A DNA stretch of 64,000 nucleotides from an uncultured Actinomycetes bacterium. Its GTDB lineage: Bacteria; Actinomycetota; Thermoleophilia; Gaiellales; Gaiellaceae. Position 1 is the first letter of the stretch, and every line of letters begins with the position of its first letter. The notes beneath the pieces were generated by a model that ran no database searches, had not been told where the DNA came from, and worked only from the letters and a program-made list of their open reading frames with translations. Shown here piece after piece: positions 1-10,026 of the stretch. The stretch spans positions 601,555 through 665,554 of the forward strand of contig CAVQRA010000004.1 in assembly GCA_963715075.1 (NCBI GenBank). Direction: 5' to 3'. Position numbers and translations under genes: made by a program.

Positions 1-162
1 GAGCTGCAGGACCGGCTGCTGGAGGAGGCCGGGGTGGCGATGCTCGCGGGCACCGCCTTCGGCGCCTACGGCGAGGGCTACATGCGCGTCTCGTACGCCA
101 ACTCGCAGGAGAACATCCGCGAGGCGCTCGGGATCATGGCCGACCTGCTCGCCGCGCGATGA
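1..162 (+). CDS. PLP-dependent aminotransferase class I/II, C-terminal fragment (5' truncated by window)
   Basis: Frame 1 reads ELQDRLLEEAGVAMLAGTAFGAYGEGYMRVSYANSQENIREAL..., the typical class I C-terminal G-x-x-F-G...R-x-S-Y motif; TGA at 160-162. Confidence 0.8.
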   Translation, partial: ELQDRLLEEAGVAMLAGTAFGAYGEGYMRVSYANSQENIREALGIMADLLAAR

Positions 163-230
163 GCGGCGCGGAGGAGGGGGGCGGGCGTCACCCCGGCCCC
201 GCCCCGTCCGGCCACCCGCAGCGGCGTGGC

Positions 231-1212
231 TTGAGCCTGGCCCCCTCCGACCTTCCGCGGATCGTCGTCACGCGTGTGATCCCCGGGCCTGCGCTCGACC
301 TGCTGCGCGCGGCGGGCGACCTCTGGCTCAACCCGGAGGACAGGCCGCTCACGACCGACGAGCTGCACGCGGCGATCGACGGCGCCGACGCCGTCGTCAC
401 GCTCCTCCACGATCGCGTCGACGACGCCTTCCTCGACGCCGCCGGGCCGCAGCTGCGCGTCGTCGCGAACGTCGCGGTCGGCTACGACAACGTCGACGTC
501 GCGGCCTGCGCGAGCGCGCGGCGTGCGCTTCACGAACACGCCCGGCGTCCTCACCGATGCGACCGCCGACATCGCGTTCGCGCTCATCCTGATGGCGACC
601 CGCCGCCTGGGCGAGGGCGAGCGCCTGATCCGCGCGCAGCAGCCCTGGAACTGGCACATGCGCTTCATGCTCGGCTCGGGTATCCAGGGCAAGACCCTCG
701 GGATCGTCGGCCTCGGGCAGATCGGGGCCGCCACCGCGCGCAGGGCGCGCGCGTTCGGCATGGGCGTCGTCTACAGCGGCCGCCGCCGCGCCGACGAGGC
801 GCTCGAGCGGGAGCTGGACGCGCGATGCGTCACCCTCGACGAGCTCCTCGCCACCGCCGACGTCGTCTCGCTGCACTGCCCGCTCACCGACGAGACGCGT
901 CACCTGATCACGGCTGCGCGCCTGCGGCAGATGAAGCCGACGGCGACGCTCGTCAACACCACGCGTGGGCCCGTCGTCGACGAGGGGGCCCTCGCCGTCG
1001 CGCTGCGGGACGGCGTGATCGCGAGCGCAGGGCTCGACGTGTTCGAGCGGGAGCCCGAGGTGCACCCCGACCTGCTCGAGCTCGAGAACGTCGTCCTCAT
1101 CCCGCACCTCGGCTCGGCGACCGTCGAGACCCGCGCTGCGATGGGCGAGCTCGCCGCGCGCAACGCGATCGCGGTCCTCCGCGGCGAGGAGCCTCCGACC
1201 CCGGTGGCCTGA
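231..1212 (+). CDS. D-2-hydroxyacid dehydrogenase (glyoxylate reductase / D-glycerate dehydrogenase family), one frameshift near 520
   Basis: VANVAVGYDNVD, NTPGVLTDATAD, GIVGLGQIG Rossmann motif, NTTRGPVVDE, GLDVFEREP, PHLGSAT; start uncertain (TTG 231 or ATG 159). Confidence 0.9.
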
Positions 1213-1434
1213 GCGCGAGCTCGTGCGTGCGGCTCGCGGATGGAAGGCGTCCCGCAGCGGGCCGGTGCCCTCGGCGCTGCGCGCACCGCCGAACCTCCGC
1301 GGCGGAGGGCTGAAGGCCCACCTTGCGCGGGCGACGTTTGGCTAGCGTCCACGTCAGGTCAAGGACGAAAGGAGCCCTCTTGAGCATCCTGTCGAGCGAT
1401 CCGCGATAGCTGAGGCCGTCGCGGGTGGGGGCCG

Positions 1435-1911
1435 TCACGCGGCCGGCGCGTCGTCCGCCTCGGCGTAGCGGGCGAGCATCGGCGGCGGGTGGAGGCAGGC
1501 TGCGAAGCTGAACGGCCGCGTCACGAGGGGCGGCACGTCCGCTGCGTCGGGATGAGCCGGGTTCAGCAGGACGACGTCCGCCTCCGGGAGGACCTGCGAG
1601 CGCACCGCGGCGAGCAGGCTCCGTCCCTCCTCGAGCCAGCCGGTCACCCGCTCGCGCACCGCGTCGTCGCCCCCCGAGTCGTCGATCCGCTCGGGGGTCG
1701 TGTCGACCTCGATCCACCCGAGCACGTGGTCGTCGGGCGCCTCGGCCGGATCCTCCGGCAGGTACCGCAGGGCGACGAGCACGGCCAGTCCCGGCTCGGA
1801 GGCGAACGGCACCACAGGCACGCCGGGCGGCGAGTAGCGCCCCCCGTAGCGGGCGGCCCCCGCCCCGTCGAGGGCCGTGCGCCCCGCACGCGTCAGCCGC
1901 CAGAGTCGCAT
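1435..1911 (-). CDS. RES domain-containing protein
   Basis: LWRL...DGAGAARYGGRYS...AVRSQV...LLNPAHPD matches the RES family pattern; TAGAGT -10 box 6 nt before ATG. Confidence 0.8.
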   Translation of the reverse strand: MRLWRLTRAGRTALDGAGAARYGGRYSPPGVPVVPFASEPGLAVLVALRYLPEDPAEAPDDHVLGWIEVDTTPERIDDSGGDDAVRERVTGWLEEGRSLLAAVRSQVLPEADVVLLNPAHPDAADVPPLVTRPFSFAACLHPPPMLARYAEADDAPAA

Positions 1912-2107
1912 CAGGCCACTCTAGGCGGGCGGCGACTCCTCGCCGCGGCCCGGAGGGCATGAGGATCGTCAGAGCCCTGAGCGGGCGTGCTCAAGGGCTG
2001 GCGTGGATGCGTTCGGAGAGCACGACCGACGGAGGTCCCGTCCGGGCGCCGGCGCGTCAGCCGCGTGCGCTGCTGACGGCGGAGCAGCGCTCGTCTACGC
2101 TCCGCGC

Positions 2108-2719
2108 ATGTCGCACCCCGACCCGAACGCTCCGCCGGATCTCACGCCCATCCGGGTCGGCGAGGTCTGGGAGAACCCCGTCACGCGCGAGCGTGCCACC
2201 ATCCTCGAGCTTCCCTCCTCGAACCCGGAGGGCCGTGCCGTCGCCGAGCTCACCGCGCTCGTCGGTGCGCGGGTCGTGGGCGAGCACCGCCACCCAGCGA
2301 TCGTCGAGCGCTTCACCGTGCTCGAGGGCGAGCTGACGGTCAAGCGCGACGGGCAGACGAGCGTCCTCCGCGAGGGCGAGACGGCCGTCGTCGAGCCCGG
2401 CGTGTGGCACGACTGGTGGAACGCGGCCGACCGGGACGCCCGCGTGCGCGTCGAGATCACGCCGGGCGAGCGCTTCGCCCACATGATCGAGACCCTCTTC
2501 GGGCTCGCGCGCCTCGGGCACACCGACGCCAAGGGCATGCCGAACCCGCTGCAGCTCGCGGTCTTCGCGCGGGAGTTCAGCGACGTCGTCGTGCTGCGGC
2601 AGCCGCCGCCGCCGGTGCAGCGCGTGCTCTTCGCTGCCGTCGCCCCGATCGCGCGCGCACGCGGCTACCGCGCGACGTACCCGCAGCTGTCGCGTACCGT
2701 CCTGGCCCCACGCGAGTGA
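2108..2719 (+). CDS. cupin domain-containing protein
   Basis: EHRHP...ERFTVLEG...VEPGVWHDWWN cupin metal motifs; TACGCT -10 box 6 nt before ATG. Confidence 0.8.
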   Translation: MSHPDPNAPPDLTPIRVGEVWENPVTRERATILELPSSNPEGRAVAELTALVGARVVGEHRHPAIVERFTVLEGELTVKRDGQTSVLREGETAVVEPGVWHDWWNAADRDARVRVEITPGERFAHMIETLFGLARLGHTDAKGMPNPLQLAVFAREFSDVVVLRQPPPPVQRVLFAAVAPIARARGYRATYPQLSRTVLAPRE

Positions 2720-2935
2720 CGACGGTCATTCGATCGCGATCGCACAGCGGAGGTGGGCCGTCCTTCGCCACCACGTTCCGGGCCGTCCCGAAGCCCGGCT
2801 TCCAGGCGGCACCGGCTGGCGCGCGCCGGCGTTCGTGAACGCTGACCGTGCGGTCCGCGTTCAGCCCGGATCAGCGGCCTCGCTGATGCCGTAGCCGTCT
2901 CTGCGAGTGACGATGGTGGTGAGGCAGAGGACATC

Positions 2936-3319
2936 GTGGCCGTGCCAGTCACTTCATCCCGACGACACAGGTTCTCGCTTCCGGAGGAGCCGGGGCGGCG
3001 GGTAGGGACGCAGTCGCTGCTGATGGCGGGCGCGACGGCGGTCGCGGCTGTCGTCGCCGGGCTCATCGGGACGTTCCTGCAGCTCGTCGTGTTCGATCTC
3101 GAGGAGCAAGAGCTGCTTCCCGAGGCTGGTCTGTGGGGCTACGTCGCAGCGTTCTTCCTCCTCGCGCTCATGGTCCTGCCCGCTGTCATCGGCGTCGGGC
3201 TCGGCGTACGGGCGCGTCGCCTCGGCGAGCGTCGCCTGGGAACCGCAGGGATCGTCGTGAACGGTCTGATCTCGACGTATCTCGCCACCACGTTCGCGGC
3301 CACCCTCCTGTTCGGCTAG
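2936..3319 (+). CDS. hypothetical membrane protein (about 3 TM)
   Basis: 127-aa ORF with three hydrophobic stretches; GAGGA RBS upstream; codon usage less GC3-biased than neighbours. Confidence 0.55.
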   Translation: MAVPVTSSRRHRFSLPEEPGRRVGTQSLLMAGATAVAAVVAGLIGTFLQLVVFDLEEQELLPEAGLWGYVAAFFLLALMVLPAVIGVGLGVRARRLGERRLGTAGIVVNGLISTYLATTFAATLLFG

Positions 3320-3363
3320 CGCTCCGGAGTCCGCGCCCTCCGGTGCCCGGCCCACTCGCCTGG

Positions 3364-3384
3364 GCCAGCGTTCGGGAGTGTCAC
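3364..3384 (+). repeat. 21-bp direct repeat copy GCCAGCGTTCGGGAGTGTCAC
   Basis: Identical except for 1 nt to 4140-4160; a degenerate copy (GCCGGCGTTCGTGAA) lies at 2825-2839. Confidence 0.8.
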
Positions 3385-4083
3385 ATGAGCCTGGTTCGCG
3401 ATTCTCGGACGAACAGCACTGGTGCTGCGACGTCGTCGTTCAGGACAACGGCGTCGGCTGTTTCGTCGGGCCGGGCTCTGGCGAAGTAGAGCTCCTGGCC
3501 GGGGATGTAACGGACGCGGTAGCGGTGTCTTACCTCGTCGGCGGTCCCGAACAGCTCGAGGTCACGGGTGATCGCGCGGCGAAGCGTCTCCTCGAAGCTC
3601 GCTGAGACGAAGACGGTGAAGTCCCAGGCCTCTCGAAGGTCGGGTCGGAGAAGGAACACCCCGTCGACGAGCAGGATCGACCGTTCCGAGGCGCGTGCAA
3701 GCGGCGCTACCAGCGGCTTGTCGGCGTGGAAGTCGAAGGCGGCCGTCCGATATTCGCGGCTGCCGTCTGGACCGAACGGATCGAGAAGCGACGTCCTCAG
3801 GGCCGTGTGAGTCGAACGTGTCCTCGTAATACCCCACCGGTGAGTCTCGGCCTTGCCTGTATCGCTCTACGCGAGGGCGGTGGAAGCCATCGACAGATGC
3901 CCGAATCACCTCTCGGTCGCCGTCCCGAAGCACGACGGCCAGCTCATCGGCAAGGGTCGTCTTCCCCGCAGCGTCTGGGCCGTCGATCGCGACCCGCAAC
4001 GGATGCGCGATGTCGACCGAATCGATCAACCACGCGAGCCGGGCGAGCAGCCCAGCACGATCAAGGTGCTCCCCGGCGGCCAT
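3381..4083 (-). CDS. uridine kinase-like P-loop kinase, frameshift near 3810
   Basis: VAIDGPDAAGKTT Walker A, ASVDGFHRPR, LLVDGVFLLRPDLREAWD, RYRVRYIPGQELY. Confidence 0.8.
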
Positions 4084-4139
4084 CCCTCCGGAGTCTAGGG
4101 AGAGAGCCGCGAGCCTCCCGCGAGACAATCGCGCCCTGC

Positions 4140-4160
4140 GCCAGCGTTCGGGAATGTCAC
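4140..4160 (+). repeat. 21-bp direct repeat copy GCCAGCGTTCGGGAATGTCAC
   Basis: Matches 3364-3384 at 20 of 21 nt. Confidence 0.8.
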
Positions 4161-4685
4161 CCGACGCCGCGCCGGCCGCCTATGTCCCGTTCGACCGCCT
4201 GAACCGAAGTCGTCCCATTGCCACCGTTTCTCTATCGCGTAGTCAACGAGGGCAGCCAGTGCTGACACGTCGAGCTCACCGCCACCGATGAGCTCGCTCG
4301 GGACGTCGGAGGCCTCGGGCACTCGTGCGACGATCGCCGCTCTCTCCTGCTCGTCGCGGAAGCCAACGGCCTTCGGTAGCCGAAAGAGGTAGCCGTCATG
4401 CACAGGGTCTGGCGGTTCCGATTGTTCCTCCAGCAGGGGGATCAGGACAGCGCGGTCAGAGACGACCGCCAGCGCGCCCCGGGTCACGGGGTGGTCATAG
4501 CCTAGGAAGACGAAGCCGTCGTAGCGAGCGGCCTCGAGCCGGACGTACATCACGCAGTCGCCGAGCGCTGGGTCGCAGTCGACGATCTCCGTCTGGCCGA
4601 CAGCAGCGAGCTGCTCCGCGAATGTCTCGCGATGGCGGGGGTCTCCGAGCACGAGCAGCCGTGGCACCGGAACCAGCTCTACCAC
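4157..4685 (-). CDS. hypothetical protein (possible glycosyltransferase-like fragment)
   Basis: Globular-looking ORF ([14 protein letters not shown]...RAVLIPLL); given ORF runs to 4095, but removing one base near 4205 gives a stop at the TGA inside the repeat. Confidence 0.45.
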
Positions 4686-4812
4686 AGCAGCACGTCAGGG
4701 GCCGGCCCTCCACGCATTCCACGGTGGCTGGGCAAGGTGTCGGCAGAGCCGGACAACGCTGGGTGCGCGAGCGCGCTCACTCCAGAGGCGTCCCGTCGCG
4801 CGGGGAGGGATC

Positions 4813-6334
4813 TCAGCCGCGGCGGCGGTTGCGTCGGCGCTGCGGGCCCTCGACCGCGAGCTCGCCCTCGGGGGCGGGCGGGATCTCGGGGAGCGTCGCG
4901 TCGGGCTCGCCGGCCTGCACGATCGCGACGAGCTCGGCGGCGGCGGCGGGGTCGAGCTCGCGGGCGTGCGGTAGGCGCGCGAGGCGACGGTCGACCTCGG
5001 CGGTCGCCCGCTCGACGAGGTCGGGCGTGCCGCTCAGGTCCCACGACTCGCGGTTCTCGCGGTCGATCGTCGGGCCGGTCAGCCACAGCTCGCTCGGCCA
5101 GTGCTCGATCGTGTGCGGGTCGGTGATCAGGTGCTGCTCGGCGAGCAGGCTGCGGACGAGGTCGGTCGTCGGCAGGTCGCCCTTCGGCTCGATCGGCCGC
5201 TGCAGGTGGCGCGCCTGACCGCAGAGCTCGTCGTCGAGCACGAGCTTCGGCGAGGCTGAACGCGAGCACGTAGGCGAGCATCCCCGGCCCGGAGACCGAG
5301 TCGACGCCGGCCAGCGCGGCGAGGATCGCGCTGCCGAACGTCTCGGCGCCGGCCTGCGCGTCGAGCGCGTAGGAGTCCGAGAGCGCCATGTAGGCCTGGG
5401 TCGGCAGACCGAGCGAGCGTCCGACCTGCGCGTAGGCGACGTCGAGGTGGAGCGCCTCGATCGCGGCCATCGGCGAGCTCGCCGCCTTCATGTGGAACGC
5501 CGCCGGCGCGCCGCCGAAGAGCACCGGGGCGCCGGGCCGCACGAGCTGGGCCATCGTGATGCCCGCCGAGCACGTCGGCGGTGTGGAAGACGGTCGCCCC
5601 GACGAGCGTGACCGGGGCGATCAGGCCCATCAGCGTGACCGGGACGATCTCGATCGGGATCCCGGCCTCGACGCAGTCGAGCAGGTTCTGGCACGAGTCC
5701 TCGCCGTAGCGGAAGCTGCCGGTCGCGGTGATCGTGAAGATCGACATCGGCTCTCGCGACGAGCTCGTCGCGGTCGCGCCGGAAGAGCTGCATCAGCTCG
5801 ACCATCCGCGGCACGCCGTGCTCGCTGAACGCGCCCGAGACGACGGGACGCTCGGAGCCGAGCAGGCACAGGGCGAGCCGCCACGCGTCGGAGATCTGGC
5901 GCGGGCACGTCGCCGGTCGAGAAGGCCGTCGCCAGGTAGGCGATGCCCTCCAGTCCGTCGGCGAGGCGGACGAGCTCGACGAAGTCCGTCGTCGTCGCGT
6001 GCCGCGCCTCGCCCGTGTGGCGGTCGATCACGCGCAGGCCGCTCGAGCCCGGGACGAAGTGGGAGCGACCGTGCGCCGAGCTCGGCGTGCGGGCGACCGG
6101 CGCGGTCGTAGAGCGTGAAGGTCGAGGGCGCCGAGCGCGATCGCCGCGTCGACGACCTCGGGCGGGAAGAGCACGCGCTCGCCCTTCGCATCGGCGCGCA
6201 GCCCGGTCGTCGAGCAGCCGCTCGCGCAGCGCCGCGCCGCGCACCTCGACGCCGATCTCCGCCAGGATCCGCTTCGCCTCCTCGACGATGCGGACGAGGA
6301 GGTCGTCGTCGAGGACGCGGAGCGACGGCTGCAT
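4813..6334 (-). CDS. trimethylamine methyltransferase (MttB) superfamily protein, non-pyrrolysine; several frameshifts
   Basis: [86 protein letters not shown]. Confidence 0.85.
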
Positions 6335-6372
6335 CGCAGCAGTCTCGCAGAGCGGCCCGCGCGCGAGGCCCG

Positions 6373-6431
6373 TTGACAGGCCGTGCCCGGACCGGGCATC
6401 ATCCGTGGAACAGCAGTTCCACAATGCGGAA
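6373..6431 (+). promoter_or_regulatory. divergent promoter region with candidate IclR operator(s)
   Basis: TTGACA (6373) N18 CATCAT (6397); palindromes GTGGAAC-AGCA-GTTCCAC (6405-6422) and TTCCAC-AAT-GCGGAA (6417-6431). Confidence 0.55.
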
Positions 6432-6432
6432 T

Positions 6433-7235
6433 ATGACGACGACGCCGACCTCCCGCCGCTCTCTCGCAGCCGCTCCCACCGGGAGCCGCTCGATCGAGCG
6501 CGCCGCAGACCTGCTCGTGCGCATCGTCGAGGCCGACGGGCCCACCACCGTCGGCGAGCTCGCGGAGGCGACCGGGCTGCCGAAGAGCACGACCTCGCGT
6601 CTCGTCTCGGCGCTGGAGCGCAGCGGGCTCGTGCAGCGCGACGAGCGCGCCGCGGTGCGCCCCGGGCCGGTGCTCGTCGCCTACGCGCCGGCGTGGCCCG
6701 AACGACGACCTCGTCGCGCTCGCCGGCCCCGCGCTCGATCGCCTCGCCGAGCTCTCGGGCGAGACGGTCAACCTCGGCATCTGCACCGGGACCGCAGCCG
6801 AGTCGCTCGACCAGCGCGACACCCGCCACTACCTCGGCTCGACGAGCTGGGTGGGGCGGCCCGTGCCCCTGCACGCCTCGGTGATCGGCAAGGTCTACCT
6901 CGCCTGGGGCGCCGCTGTCGCTGCCCGACGGCCCGCTCGAGCGGCTCGCGCCGCGCACGATCGTCGATCGCAGCCGCGCTCGAGCGCGACCTGCGCGCGA
7001 CGCGCGCGCGCGGCTACGCGACGGCGGTCGACGAGCTCGAGCCCGGCCTCTGGGCCGTCGCCGCCCCGGTCTTCGCGCGCGGCGGCGACGGTGGTCGCCT
7101 CGCTCTCGATCACCGGCCCGACCGTTCGCCTCCACGACCGCCTGCTCGACGACCTCGGTCGGGAGCTCTGCCGCGAGGCGGTCGGCGCTCTCGACCCTGC
7201 TCGGCCACGACCACATCACGAAAGGTGCTGCATGA
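6433..7235 (+). CDS. IclR family transcriptional regulator (frameshifted)
   Basis: RSIERAADLL...ELAEATGLPKSTTSRLVSALERSGLV HTH; GETVNLG, PLHASVIGKVYLA, RGYATAVDELEPGLWAVAAPV. Confidence 0.9.
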
Positions 7236-7994
7236 CTGACGAGGAGATCGACCTCAAGCGCGCTGTCCGACGACGAGCTCGTCGCGCAGATGCACGACGA
7301 CCTCTACGACGGGCTCGCCGACGAGATCGCCGAGGGCACGAACATCCTGCTCGAGCGCGGCTGGGGCGCCGACACGCGTGCTCAACGACGCGCTCGTCGA
7401 GGGCATGCGCATCGTCGGGATCGACTTCCGCGACGGCATCCTCTTCGTGCCCGAGGTGCTGCTCGCCGCGAACGCGATGAAGGCGGGGATGGCGATCCTG
7501 CGCCCGCTGCTCGCCGAGACCGGCGCCGAGCGGATCGGCACGGTCGTGATCGGCACCGTCAAGGGCGACATCCACGACATCGGCAAGAACCTCGTCGCGA
7601 TGATGCTCGAGGGCGCCGGCTTCGAGGTGATCGACCTCGGGATCAACACCCCGGTCGAGAGTACCTCGCCGCGCTCGAGGAGCACCAGCCGGAGATCCTC
7701 GGCATGTCGGCGCTGCTCACGACGACGATGCCGTACATGAAGGTCGTGATCGACACGCTGATGGAGAAGGGCATCCGCGACGACTACATCGTGCTCGTCG
7801 GCGGCGCGCCGCTGAACGAGGAGTTCGGGAAGGCGATCGGCGCCGACGCCTACTGCCGCGACGCCGCGGTCGCGGCCGAGACCGCGCAGGCGCTCGTCCT
7901 GGCGCGCCGCGCCGCTGCGAGGCGAATTGACCGACCTGCGTCGAGCAGCGAGGCGACCTTCGCCGCGCTGCGGCCGAGCGGCCCGCGTCGCTGA
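7232..7994 (+). CDS. corrinoid (B12-binding) methyltransferase partner protein; end may be 7930
   Basis: FVPEVLLAANAMKAG cap domain, GTVKGDIHDIGKNLV (DxHxxG), MSALLTTTM, VLVGGAP; ATGA overlap with IclR. Confidence 0.92.
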
Positions 7995-8590
7995 TCCTCG
8001 CGTGCGGCGCGATCGCGCGCGAGGTGCTCGCGCTCCGCGAGCTCAACGGCTGGACGCACGTCGACGTCCGCTGCCTGCCGGCGAAGCTCCACACCACGCC
8101 GGAGCAGATCCCGGCCGCGGTCGACGCGAAGCTGACCGAGCTGAAGGGGCGCTACGACGCGGTCTTCGTCGCGTACGCGGACTGCGGCACGGCCGGCGCG
8201 CTCGACGTCGTTCTCGAGCGGCACGGGGTCGAGCGGCTCCCGGGCGCCCACTGCTACGGCTTCTTCGCCGGCAACGACGCGTGGGACGCGATGCAGGAGG
8301 AGGAGCCGGGCACGTTCTACCTGACCGACTTCCTCGCCCGGCACTTCGAGCCGCTCGTCTGGCGCGGTCTCGGTCTCGACCGGCACCCGGAGCTGCTGCC
8401 CGACTACTTCGGCAACTACCGGCGGCTGGTCTACCTCGCGCAGACCGACGACGACGCGCTGACGCGAGCGCGCCCGCGCGGCGGCCGACCGGCTCGGCCT
8501 CGCGTTCGAGCGCGGCGCACCGGCTACGGCGAGCTCGCGCCGTCGCTCGACCAGTTCGCCGGAAGGCTCGAGCTGCCGTGCCTGAGCTGA
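7927..8590 (+). CDS. DUF1638 domain-containing protein
   Basis: LILACGAIARE, CLPAKLH, VFVAYADCGTAG, PGAHCY, GTFYLTDFL, YFGNYRRLVYL pattern of the family usually found next to corrinoid methyltransferases. Confidence 0.8.
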
Positions 8591-8885
8591 CCGTCATCTC
8601 TGGCGCGACATCCCCGCGCAGGTGACGCGCCGGCAAGGGGCGCCGCGCGACGCGCGCGCAGCTCTCGGAGCGCTTCCAGGAGGCGATCGACGCCGCCGCG
8701 ATGGCGGCCGGCCTGATCGGCACCGACGCGTACCTCGAGGAGTGGCGGCGCGAGACGGTCGTGCGGGACGACTCGAGGCCGAGGTCGCCGCCAGGCAGAG
8801 GTCGCGCGCATCGAACCGGACTACACCGACGACAGGCTCGCGCGGCTCGTCCGCGCGAGCGGTGAAGGAGGCAACGCAGACGTGA
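8578..8885 (+). CDS. small Virulence_fact-family (PF13769-like) protein, frameshifted
   Basis: ELTVI..WRDIPAQV...LSERFQEAIDAAAMAAGLIGTDAYLEEWRR motif. Confidence 0.65.
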
Positions 8886-9960
8886 CCGAGACGCAGATGC
8901 TCGTCCGCAGAGCGGGATTCCACGGAGCGGACTCCCGCTCGCGGGAGTCCGCGACGCGGCGGACTCCCGAGCGGCGCTGCGGACGGCGCCGGTCGAGGCC
9001 AAGGGTGGCCGAAGGCCGCGGGCCGGTCACGGCGTGGGGTGCGCTGACAGAGACGGTCCTTTCAGCTCGGCGACGAAGGAGGTCGTGATCGGCTTCGACC
9101 GCCCGTTCGTGATCATCGGCGAGCGAATCAATCCGACCGGCCGCAAGAAGCTCGCCGAGGAGATGAAGAGCGGGCAACTTCGAGACCGTGATCGCGGACG
9201 CGATCGCGCAGGTCGAGGCGGGCGCGCAGATGCTCGACGTCAACGCCGGCATCCCGCTCGCCGACGAGCCGGCGATCCTGCGCCACACGATCGAGCTCGT
9301 GCAGTCGATCACCGACGTGCCGCTCTCGATCGACTCGTCGATCGTCGAGGCGCTCGAGGCCGGGCTCTCGGTCTACCAGGGCAAGGCGCTCGTCAACTCG
9401 GTCACCGGCGAGGACGAGCAGATGGAGCGCGTGCTGCCGCTCGTCGCGAAGTACGGCGCCGCGGTCGTCGCGATCTCGAACGACGAGACCGGGATCTCCG
9501 AGGATCCCGACGTGCGGTTCGAGGTGGCGCGGAAGATCGTCTCGCGCGCGGCCGACTACGGGATCCCGAAGGAGGACGTCGTCGTCGATCCGCTCGTGAT
9601 GCCGATCGGCGCGATGGGCACCGCCGGCCGCCAGGTGTTCCGGCTCGTGCGGCGGCTGAAGGAGGAGCTCGGCGTCAACTCGACCTGCGGCGCCTCGAAC
9701 GTCAGCTTCGGCCTGCCGAACCGGCCCGCGCTGAACGCCGCCTTCCTGCCGATGGCGATCGCGTCGGGCCTGACGTCGGCGATCACGAGCCCGCTGCACG
9801 ACGAGGTGCGCAGGCGATCAGGGCCGCCGACGTGATGAACGGCAACGACGAGCACTGCGCGGCCTGGATCGCGCGCAACGGCGAGTCCGGGGCGAGGCGG
9901 CGCAGGCGGCCGCCGCGGCGGCCGCGAGGGCGGGCGGAGGGCGGCGGGCGAGCCGCGTGA
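8882..9960 (+). CDS. methyltetrahydrofolate:corrinoid methyltransferase (pterin-binding/DHPS-like, AcsE/MtgA-like), frameshifted
   Basis: IIGERINPTGRKKL, MLDVNAG, PLSIDSS, LVNSVTGE, VVDPLVMPIG, GASNVSFGLPNR. Confidence 0.9.
8910..8969. repeat. cluster of alternating inverted repeats, including perfect hairpin GCGGACTCCCGC-TC-GCGGGAGTCCGC (8927-8952)
   Basis: Four alternating copies of GGACTCCCG or its complement. Confidence 0.7.
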
Positions 9961-10026
9961 GCCGTCGAGCGCAGACGAGGCCTCGACTCGCCCGACCCGC
10001 GGGAGCCCGCGCGGTGAGGCCGGCGC

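Noticed and set aside
2825-4160. Direct repeats as a CRISPR array
   Set aside because: Spacing is 540-780 bp with whole genes between copies, and there are no cas genes
8578-8885. Virulence factor implying pathogenicity
   Set aside because: Family name only; the context is a methyl-transfer operon
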